DNA of 63,917 nt, counting the filler, from Octopus bimaculoides (Eukaryota): NCBI RefSeq assembly GCF_001194135.2. It is 7 parts of 6 records of this genome, joined end to end, with 100 filler letters (N's around TTAATTAATTAA, not from the genome) between each part and the next. Parts side by side here need not be neighbours in the genome. Positions count along the whole stretch, not along the records: positions 46,273 to 62,454 come from NC_069003.1; positions 62,555 to 63,917 come from NC_069002.1; 5 more parts are not named here. The stretch is one strand, 5' to 3'. Within the stretch, counting starts at the first letter, position 1. Each line of letters opens with the position of its first letter. Below are positions 54,027 to 63,917 of this stretch, piece by piece. The position numbers and the translations under genes were made by a program. The notes beneath the pieces are model-generated. The model had not been told where the DNA came from. It searched no databases and saw only the letters and a list, made by a program, of their open reading frames with translations.

Positions 54027-55369
54027 TTTTTATATATTTATATTTATATATTTGATCCTTTATATTGAACACTCAATATTTCATCTACATTCAATACTTT
54101 ATTTCATGGTGCCATCCATTTTTATTTTTTTAATTTAATTTTATTTTATATTATATATTGTATATTCCATATTCTATACCCCACATTGGTTCTGCAGGAA
54201 TATAAATAAAACATAAAAAACAGACAGTGTTGGAACTCTTTTAAACAAAATAATATATATANNNNNNNNNNNNNNNNNNNNNNNNNNNNNNNNNNNNNNN
54301 NNNNNNNNNNNNNNNNNNNNNNNNNNNNNNNNNNNNNNNNNNNNNNNNNNNNNNNNNNNNNNNNNNNNNNNNNNNNNNNNNNNNNNNNNNNNNNNNNNNN
54401 NNNNNNNNNNNNNNNNNNNNNNNNNNNNNNNNNNNNNNNNNNNNNNNNNNNNNNNNNNNNNNNNNNNNNNNNNNNNNNNNNNNNNNNNNNNNNNNNNNNN
54501 NNNNNNNNNNNNNNNNNNNNNNNNNNNNNNNNNNNNNNNNNNNNNNNNNNNNNNNNNNNNNNNNNNNNNNNNNNNNNNNNNNNNNNNNNNNNNNNNNNNN
54601 NNNNNNNNNNNNNNNNNNNNNNNNGTGAGTACCTTGGTTACTTTGAATCTCAGTTTTGCAGGGCAGAATTAGGACCTAAATTTTAAGAAGATAAAACTAA
54701 AAAAGTTGAAATCTGTAAGTCTTTGATCCATAGCTGATAACCAGACAGGGCACCGGGACAGACCCTTCAAACAGTTCCGGCTAAATTGGGTCGTATAATG
54801 AACCTAATCTTATTAACCCTCACCAGCGAAGAATAATCCAACTGTATCGCCTGATTAAAGTATTTTAGTATATTCGTGAATAAACAACGCATGGTGTGAT
54901 TGCTTTGTTAAATGCTTAAGCAAGGTACACACTAACACACTCCGCAGGAAGCATTAGTTGTAAAGGGTACGTTAAAATATTTGGAATAGTGATGAATGAA
55001 AGCTTGATACTGTAAAAAAAAATTAGCCATGGTGATGATGATGAAGAAGAAAAGTCATTATGTTAATTATTACTTCTGAGTATTTAAAAAGATACACGTC
55101 GGCGAAGACAACTGTGGAATTTTAATCAACAAAGATGTATTAATTTAAAATGGAATGCTGAGAGAGAAAGAGACTTTCGTTAATCGTTAACCATCCCGAA
55201 CATATTTCGGTCTAATTAAGAGTTCATCAGTGAATTATAGCTTAATAATAGTGCTAGAATTTAGAATGATTACAGATGATGAAGAATTTTTAAAAGTAAT
55301 CACGTGATTAGTAAGACCTGATTACTTTAATATGAAAACTGGTGGGTTAGGAGGAATATGCAGGCTTAC

Positions 55370-55441
55370 CTGCTGCATGAATATTTAATTGTAAAGTATG
55401 GGGCCGTTCTCTGCTGTTATTTGGTAAATGCGACACATCCT
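55370..55441 (-). CDS. Candidate 72-nt internal exon (phase 1-1)
   Basis: Strong donor GCAG|gtaagc, acceptor ttatctccgggtatag, stop-free reading xDVSHLPNNSRERPHTLQLNIHAA. No homology recognised; could be chance. Confidence 0.3.
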
Positions 55442-55581
55442 CTATACCCGGAGATAAATTGAATAAATGAAGAATTTATGTTGTATTTATGTTGTAATAA
55501 TTATCGCAGCAGCTGCAAGGTTGGCAGGTAAAATATAAAATTCTTTGTCTCTCTGTACAAGTGCTTCTATTTCCTTAATTT

Positions 55582-55965
55582 GTTGTTGGCACTCCGTCGC
55601 TTACGACGTCGAGGGTTCCAGTTGATCCGATCAACGGAACAGCCTGCTCGTGAAATTAACGTGCAAGTGGCTGAGCACTCCACAGACACGTGTACCCTTG
55701 ACGTAGTTCTCGGGGATATTCAGCGTGACACAGTGTGACAAGGCTGACCCTTTGAATTACAGGCACAGCAGAAACAGGAAGTAAGAGTAAGAGAAAGTTG
55801 TGGTAAAAGTGTACAGCAGGGTTTGCCACCATCCCCTGCCAGAAACTCGTGGAGCCTTAGGTGTTTTCGCTCAATAAACACTCACAACGCCCGATCTGGG
55901 AATCGAAACCGCGATCCTACGACCGCGAGTCCGCTGCCCTAACCACTGGGGCATTGCACCTCCAC
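55582..55965 (-). mobile_element. tRNA-derived SINE, family A, full length with TSD
   Basis: Same sequence as 4344-4729; 11-bp TSD ttccttaattt at 55571-55581 and 55966-55976. Confidence 0.85.
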
Positions 55966-56841
55966 TTCCTTAATTTATACTGCATACAAAAGTACAGACA
56001 TACTATATACGGTACGTTATTAAACACACACACACATACACATCTACACATACATATACATACCTGACGACCCAATTTTTTTATTAACCACACAGGGTCG
56101 AAACACAGAGGGAACAACACAAGGACAGAAAAAACACAAAATTGAAGGAAAAATAAAATCGAACGAAAAGAATGGTAATGATAAATCAAAAGGTGGAATG
56201 ACCTGTACTCGAACCCCACNNNNNNNNNNNNNNNNNNNNNNNNNNNNNNNNNNNNNNNNNNNNNNNNNNNNNNNNNNNNNNNNNNNNNNNNNNNNNNNNN
56301 NNNNNNNNNNNNNNNNNNNNNNNNNNNNNNNNNNNNNNNNNNNNNNNNNNNNNNNNNNNNNNNNNNNNNNNNNNNNNNNNNNNNNNNNNNNNNNNNNNNN
56401 NNNNNNNNNNNNNNNNNNNNNNNNNNNNNNNNNNNNNNNNNNNNNNNNNNNNNNNNNNNNNNNNNNNNNNNNNNNNNNNNNNNNNNNNNNNNNNNNNNNN
56501 NNNNNNNNNNNNNNNNNNNNNNNNNNNNNNNNNNNNNNNNNNNNNNNNNNNNNNNNNNNNNNNNNNNNNNNNNNNNNNNNNNNNNNNNNNNNNNNNNNNN
56601 NNNNNNNNNNNNNNNNNNNNNNNNNNNNNNNNNNNNNNNNNNNNNNNNNNNNNNNNNNNNNNNNNNNNNNNNNNNNNNNNNNNNNNNNNNNNNNNNNNNN
56701 NNNNNNNNNNNNNNNNNNNNNNNNNNNNNNNNNNNNNNNNNNNNNNNNNNNNNNNNNNNNNNNNNNNNNNNNNNNNNNNNNNNNNNNNNNNNNNNNNNNN
56801 NNNNNNNNNNNNNNNNNNNNNNNNNNNNNNNNNNNNNNNNN

Positions 56842-56885
<44 letters not shown>

Positions 56886-56979
56886 TTATATATATATACT
56901 AAATATGTGTGTGTGTACATATGTATATGTGGGTGTGTATATAACTGCGTGTTTATATGTATGTGTGTGAATATATATG

Positions 56980-57011
<32 letters not shown>

Positions 57012-57530
57012 CTCACACACAGGTATATACATACACATTGATAGATGAATAAATATTCACATACATATATACAGATAGATAGCTATGCACACGCACATTT
57101 ATATAGAGAGATAATAGATTGATAGATAATAGGTTTGTAGATATATAAACATGGATATACACACAAACATATATAAAGGTATATGCATATACGCGCACAC
57201 GCACACATATATACTTGCACATAAACATATACGTATGTATATATGCGAATGTATGTTTGTGTATATCTCACGCTCTCTCTTTCTGTTTATCTCTTAATGT
57301 ATAAAGGAGAGATTTTGCTTTCATCCAAAATGGAGAGGAACACCATTTCTGTATGTGATCGGCTTGAAAATACGTTAAGATATTAAGATATTTTTCATTT
57401 TTCTTTAAATGAAACCAATGGAATCCTTAATACACAAATAGAGAAATTCTATCCATTAATGCTGTGTTAAGCACTCATTTTCATCGTGCGACATTTACAT
57501 ATATAGATAGATAGATAGATAGATAGATAT

Positions 57531-57694
57531 TTTATTTAAAAGCAGCAGAAATATAACAAAAAACTGTTACTCTGAGTTTCACGTTCCCGTTTATCGGACA
57601 GTTTTTCCCCATTTCTAACAAAACTGTCCGATGAACGGGAACGTAAAATTCCGAGTAAGAGTTTTTTGTTATATTTTTGCTGCTTTTAAATAAA
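57531..57694. repeat. 75-bp inverted repeat (14-nt spacer), each arm carrying a degenerate hammerhead motif
   Basis: Arms 57531-57605 and 57620-57694 differ at 6 of 75 positions. Their consensus is ACUGU CCGAUGA ACG-GGAA-CGU GAAA CUCnGAG UA ACAGU. Confidence 0.8.
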
Positions 57695-58276
57695 GCATAT
57701 TACTCTACTTCTGGTATTTGAGTACTCTTTCTTCCACCTTGTTTCACATTTATGTGCTTACTCCGGTGTAGATAGATAAATAGATAGATACATACATACA
57801 TAGGTAGGTAGGCAGGGATATGTAGGTAGATAGATAGATAGGTGTATATATATATAGGTAGGTAGGTAGGGAGGTAAGTGTATATATAGATAGGTAGGTA
57901 TATATATATATANNNNNNNNNNNNNNNNNNNNNNNNNNNNNNNNNNNNNNNNNNNNNNNNNNNNNNNNNNNNNNNNNNNNNNNNNNNNNNNNNNNNNNNN
58001 NNNNNNNNNNNNAAAAAAAAAAAAAACCAATAAAAAACAAAAACTGTGGCAATCTTGGGGACCAAACAAATGTCCTTGTCATTGGTTTATATGATAGGTT
58101 AACCTGTTTGTGATAGTAATATTAATTGGTTAATGTCTATTACGATGATGTGATCGGTTCTCAGGTTTTTACATCGATATCCTTATTAATAGATCTGTCA
58201 CAACATATGTGATTGGCTTAATATGCTTGTCACAATGATGTGATTGGTTAATATGTTTGTTACGACAATGTGATTA

Positions 58277-59028
58277 AGGCACATGACTTACTGGTAAGAG
58301 CATAAGGCTCACAATCATGAGGTAGTGAGTTCGATTCTCAGACTGGGCTATGTATTGTGTTCTTGAGCCAAGACACTTTATTTCACGTTGCTCCAGTTCA
58401 CTCATCTGCAGAAATGAGTTGCGACAAAGGCAACGAGCTGGCAGAAACGTTAGCACGCCAGGCGAAATGCTTAGCGGCATTTCGTCTGCCGTTACGTTCT
58501 GAGTTCAAATTCTGCCGAGGTCGACTTTGCCTTTCATCCTTTCGGGGTCGATAAATTAAGTACCAGTTATGCACTGGGGTCGATGTAATTGACTTAATCC
58601 CTTTGTCCTTGTTTGTCCCCTCTATGTTTAGCCCCTTGTGGGTAATAAAGGAATAAGAAATGAGCTGCGACATCACTGGTGCCAAATTATATCGGCCTTT
58701 GCCTTTTCCTTGGATAAGATCGTTAGTACAGAGAGGGGAGGCTGGTATGCATGGGTGACTGCTGGTCTTCCATTAAGAACCATGGCCGAACTTGTGCCTC
58801 AGAAATGAACTTTCTAGATGTAATCCCATGATCATTTATGACTGAAGGGGGTCTTTGTGAGTTCAATTCCTGGATCGGGCTGTGTGTTGTGTTCTTGAGC
58901 AAGACTGGCATGCATGGGCGACTGCTAGTCTTCCATAAAAAAAACCTAGCCTGGACTTGGGTCTTGGGTCTTGGAAAGGAACTTTCTAAGTGCAATCCCA
59001 TGGCCATTCATGACCGAAGAGAGTCTTT
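58277..59028 (+). mobile_element. CORE-type SINE interrupted by a family E SINE and followed by a deleted tandem copy
   Basis: Head and CORE at 58277-58426, insert at 58427-58655, resumption at 58656-58857, second internally deleted copy at 58858-59028. Confidence 0.75.
58427..58655 (+). mobile_element. SINE family E nested insertion
   Basis: gagctggcagaaacgttagcacgcc...gagttcaaattc...ggggtcgataaattaagtaccag..., bounded by a 17-bp TSD with one mismatch (agaaatgagttgcgaca 58410-58426 / agaaatgagctgcgaca 58656-58672). Confidence 0.82.
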
Positions 59029-61375
59029 GTGATTGGTTAGTGGATATGTCACAATGAATGTGATTGGCTCAAAATGCTTGTCAAGATAATACAACTGTTT
59101 CATGTTTTTTACAACAGTTTACATCTTGTTGTTGTTGTTGTTTGACCCCCACCCCAAGTCCACCGACACTGAGCAGACTCATGACCAACTTTACAAGGTG
59201 TACAGTACTCTAGGTATGTTTCCAGTATTTTATGACAGTAGGGTGTGATTTGAGAGAAATCAGGCAGCTACTTCTAGCAGATCAAACAACCATGTAGAAC
59301 ACATCTTGTTTAGCATAAGGTCAACTGTGTTTAAGCAGATCTGATGATGAAAGACATTCCAGCCATGACAAAATTGTTTATTTTTTAAGAAATGTTTTGT
59401 GAGAAGGCACATAGCTGACTGGTTAGGTAGGGTGTTGGGCACGCAATCATAAAGCCAGGGGCCATGATTCCCCCAGTTCAGGTGGGTGGTACACTGTGTC
59501 CCTGAGTAAGGCACTTTATTTCACATTGTTCCCATCTCCTTGGCTCTAAATGAATACACCAGCTAAATGCTAGTGATGATGATGATGATGGTGATGATGG
59601 TGATAACGATGACAATGATGGTGATGATGATGGCGATGATGACAGTAAAAGTGGTGATGACGGAGAAGATGACAACAGAGTGGTTGGCGTTAGGAAGGGC
59701 ATCCAGCTGTAGAATCTCTGCCAAATCAGATTGGAGCCTGGTGTCGCCTCCTGGTCCACCAGTCCTCAGTCAAATCGTCCAACCCATGCTAGCATGGAAA
59801 GCGGACGTTAAACAATGATGATGATGATGATGCTGATGAGATGATGACAATGATGATGGTGATGATAATGGTGATGATGGTGATGATGATGGTGAAAGTG
59901 ATGATGATGATGATGATGATATTCCCAGTGCCAGACAACTCCTACACGTACATATGTACCTAATATAATAAAAACCTGCTAGTAGAGAGAGAGAGAGAGA
60001 GAAAGAAAGGGTGGGGAGAAGGGAGAGAGAGAGAAAAGAACCATTTGTTAGACAATGATGTTAGTATGGTCAATACTAACTAACACATGTTATCAGTGGA
60101 AAAAAAAAAAAACAACCCCAAAATGATTAAACAGGTTTTCTATCCATTATCCATCCGACTATGAATGGTTGCCTGTTCTTTAAGTGCCTCTGTCTGCTGT
60201 CTCTTCCACCCTGATCATTTATTTATTCAGCGACTACCTCCTGCCCCACCTCTTACCCTCTCACCTATTTACCATTTATAGCGGGGGGGGGNNNNNNNNN
60301 NNNNNNNNNNNNNNNNNNNNNNNNNNNNNNNNNNNNNNNNNNNNNNNNNNNNNNNNNNNNNNNNNNNNNNNNNNNNNNNNNNNNNNNNNNNNNNNNNNNN
60401 NNNNNNNNNNNNNNNNNNNNNNNNNNNNNNNNNNNNNNNNNNNNNNNNNNNNNNNNNNNNNNNNNNNNNNNNNNNNNNNNNNNNNNNNNNNNNNNNNNNN
60501 NNNNNNNNNNNNNNNNNNNNNNNNNNNNNNNNNNNNNNNNNNNNNNNNNNNNNNNNNNNNNNNNNNNNNNNNNNNNNNNNNNNNNNNNNNNNNNNNNNNN
60601 NNNNNNNNNNNNNNNNNNNNNNNNNNNNNNNNNNNNNNNNNNNNNNNNNNNNNNNNNNNNNNNNNNNNNNNNNNNNNNNNNNNNNNNNNNNNNNNNNNNN
60701 NNNNNNNNNNNNNNNNNNNNNNNNNNNNNNNNNNNNNNNNNNNNNNNNNNNNNNNNNNNNNNNNNNNNNNNNNNNNNNNNNNNNNNNNNNNNNNNNNNNN
60801 NNNNNNNNNNNNNNNNNNNNNNNNNNNNNNNNNNNNNNNNNNNNNNNNNNNNNNNNNNNNNNNNNNNNNNNNNNNNNNNNNNNNNNNNNNNNNNNNNNNN
60901 NNNNNNNNNNNNNNNNNNNNNNNNNNNNNNNNNNNNNNNNNNNNNNNNNNNNNNNNNNNNNNNNNNNNNNNNNNNNNNNNNNNNNNNNNNNNNNNNNNNN
61001 NNNNNNNNNNNNNNNNNNNNNNNNNNNNNNNNNNNNNNNNNNNNNNNNNNNAGAGAGAGAGAGAGAGAGAGAGAGAGACTGGTGTAGCCATCTGGTTCAC
61101 CAGTCAAATCGTCCAACCCATGATGATGATGATATATATATATGACAGGCTTCTTGCAGTTTCCGTCTCCCAAATCCACTCACAAGGCTTTGGTCAGCCC
61201 GAGGCTATAGTAGAAGACACTCGCCCAAGGTGCCACGCAGTGGGACTGAACCCGGAACCATGTGGTTGGGAAGCAAGCTTCTCCCCACAAAGCCACGCCC
61301 GCACCTGATTATGATTAGTCACAGAGTGTGTTACTCTGTGCTCTTGTCAGCCTCTTGTTGATGGCTTCAACTAAT

Positions 61376-61543
61376 ATAGAATGGTTTACCATTTTCTAAC
61401 CTCTTGGGAGTTTACCTCTTTAGATTGCTCTGCTTTAGTTTCAGATCCTCCCCACCCCCATAGAATGGTTTACCATTTTCTAACCTCTTGGGAGTTTACC
61501 TCTTTAGATTGCTCTGCTTTAGTTTCAGATCCTCCCCACCCCC
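61376..61543 (+). repeat. Perfect 84-bp tandem duplication
   Basis: 61376-61459 is identical to 61460-61543. Confidence 0.95.
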
Positions 61544-61648
61544 GAAGCCACTTCTAACATAATCTGGCTACAGGCAGATCAAAGAAGGCCAAAGGGAGAC
61601 AGAAAAGACACATGGCAGAGATGGTATAGGATAACAGAACTAGAAGCT

Positions 61649-61680
<32 letters not shown>

Positions 61681-62179
61681 GGTGGTGGTGGTGGTAGTAG
61701 TAGTGGTAGTAGTAGTAGTGGTGGTGGTGTTTTTGGTGGTGGTGGTGGTAGTAGTAGTAGTAGTGGTAGTGGTGGTGGTGGTGGTAGTAGTAGTAGTAGT
61801 AGCAGCAGCAGCAGCAGCCATGACAAGATTTAAATGTCTCTCAGCTTCAACAACAGGCTCAGGTCTGCTCTAGAGAACATGCAGTAAAAGGCAGACAGAC
61901 ACAGACGATGGCGATAATGTTGGTGAAGAAGGTGATAATGTTGGTGATGAAAGCAGCAAAGTTTTAGTCATGAAGATGGTTATGATGATGATTGCAAAAA
62001 GGAAGAGTGAAGCTACTGCTGTTGTTGATAATGATGATGATGATAATTAACCCTTTGGAGACAGAACCCCTTTCACAGGCCATACAGAGGGCATGCACTT
62101 GTTTTTTGTTAAAAAAAAAAATATTACTTTACATATATAAAACTATATATTTTTGTAGGAAATTGAATGAACTAATACA

Positions 62180-62347
62180 ATCTTACATTATTTACATTTG
62201 ATGGATATTTGTCCTCATCTTGTTTGTTGTTAACACAACATTTCAGCTGATATACCCTCCAGCCTTCATCAGGTGTCTTGGGGAAATTTTGAACCTGGGT
62301 TCTCATTCCTAAGGTATTTTTCGATGTTATTATTATTATCATTATTA

Positions 62348-62395
<48 letters not shown>

Positions 62396-62454
62396 TCACT
62401 GCCTGGAATCGAACTCAGAATCTTGGGGTTAGTAGCCCGTGCTCTTAACCACTA
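62180..62454 (-). mobile_element. tRNA-headed SINE-like element with (TAA)n spacer and hammerhead-containing 3' part
   Basis: The minus strand reads tagtggttaagagcacgggctactaacccc...gagttcgattcc (partial A box, B box), then (TAA)n, then the 62232-62277 hammerhead. The 5' end is cut by the join at 62455. Confidence 0.65.
62232..62277 (-). ncRNA. Minimal type I hammerhead ribozyme motif
   Basis: GACAC CUGAUGA A GGCUG-GAGGGUAUAU-CAGCU GAAA UG UU GUGUU: intact cores, 5-bp stems I and II (G-U pairs allowed), minimal stem III (AUGU, probably CpG-decayed ACGU). Confidence 0.72.
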
Positions 62455-62648
62455 NNNNNNNNNNNNNNNNNNNNNNNNNNNNNNNNNNNNNNNNNNNNTT
62501 AATTAATTAANNNNNNNNNNNNNNNNNNNNNNNNNNNNNNNNNNNNNNNNNNNNATACATACATATATATATATACACACACATACATATAAATACATAT
62601 ATATATATATATATGCATACATATATATATATACATACATGTATATAT

Positions 62649-62683
<35 letters not shown>

Positions 62684-62708
62684 ATACACACACACACACA
62701 CACACATA

Positions 62709-62739
<31 letters not shown>

Positions 62740-63635
62740 GCAATGTATGCATTATTTTTAGGTACGTTATTTTTTTACATTCTCCTGTTATTTTTTTGTT
62801 TTTCCTAGTTTTTTTATTATTATTATTTCTAGTTGCCCTGCTGTTTTGTTTGTGCTAACCTCATTGATCTGTTCGGAATACCATTGTTATTTGTTTATTT
62901 CTTTTCTTCTTTCCTTTCCTCCTTTTTTTCCTTTTTTTTTTTTTTTTTTTTTTNNNNNNNNNNTTTTTTTTTCTTTTCTCACCGATCGATACTATCTGTA
63001 TTATTAAACACTGTTATATTAACTGTCCGTTTTTAAGCTGGAATCAATATATGTTGAACTATCGAAATGAAGGCGTGAGTCATTTCGGGTTTTTCTTTTT
63101 GTCTTTTTGTTTTCTCTTTTGGCTTGGCGTGCCTGGCTGCCTGCTTGCCTTCTTATTTCTATGCCTCCTCGGGCGCGTGTGAGTGTGTCTTTGTATGTAA
63201 ACGTGTGTGTTGATATCGATTCCTTATATTTGGTACCACGAGGTCACTAATTCATAGAGTGGAAATTAAAGTGGGGAAATATTTTATTGTCCAGCGAATA
63301 TTGTCCTGGTCCCTCCTACCTGTTCTTTGTGCGATGCAGGTACAATATTTTTGTTATTCAATTTCCTAAGGTCAAGGTCAGCGGTAAGGTCAAGGTCAAA
63401 AACCCAACGTAATATGACCTCAAAAACACTGTTATCACGTTTAAAGTCCGTTGATTGGATGAAAGATGAGAACGTTGGGCAAAATGTTTTGCAGTTATTT
63501 TTACGGCTCTTTAGTGCCCGAGTTCAAATACCATCAAGATCAACTTTGTCTCTTTTTACACACCTATCCACCGGGGTTGATATAATCAAAATGTCAACTT
63601 GCTCCCTCCATTCAGAATTACATTCCTTGTACCTA

Positions 63636-63680
<45 letters not shown>

Positions 63681-63831
63681 GCCGAGGTCGACTGTGCTTT
63701 TCATCCTTTTGGGATCGATAAATTAAGTACCAGTTGCGTACTGGGGTCGATCTTATCGGCTGGACCCCTCCCCCAAAATTTCGGGCCTTGTACCTAGAGT
63801 AGAAATGATTCTTCTTCTTCTTCTTCTTCTT

Positions 63832-63917
<86 letters not shown>

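Noticed and set aside
6188-62752. Many long ORFs in the track dominated by X (for example 14139-15203, 32941-33942, 38778-39958, 46851-47654, 60184-61308)
   Set aside because: They are open only because N runs contain no stops; their flanks are microsatellite translations.
1-63917. True tRNA, rRNA genes or CRISPR arrays
   Set aside because: tRNA-like sequences are SINE heads with broken acceptor or T stems and run into repeat bodies. No rRNA similarity and no repeat-spacer arrays were seen.

Overview
AT-rich, microsatellite-dense animal genomic DNA. The SINE repertoire, very high SSR load and a SEFIR exon point to a coleoid cephalopod, most likely Octopus (inference). It is a scaffolded assembly: six artificial 100-nt joins (44 N + TTAATTAATTAA + 44 N) split the window into seven segments whose order and orientation are not guaranteed. 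Host coding content is sparse. There is one large minus-strand terminal exon (15002-15954) encoding a SEFIR domain plus a ~130-aa tail (IL-17 receptor-like), one clean orphan minus-strand exon (36565-36750) and two weak exon candidates. The rest is mobile DNA: a full-length decayed DD41D/rosa-type Tc1/mariner with TIRs, mariner- and pogo-derived MITEs, Penelope-like RT, CR1, RTE and R4/Dong-type LINE fragments, a probable LTR and at least five tRNA-derived or LINE-tail SINE families. The most notable unannotated signal is a set of at least six sequence-distinct minimal type I hammerhead-ribozyme motifs of the Penelope/retrozyme kind. Some lie in inverted-repeat pairs, and one lies downstream of a tRNA-derived Pol III head. 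All calls are by eye from the sequence; no searches were run.
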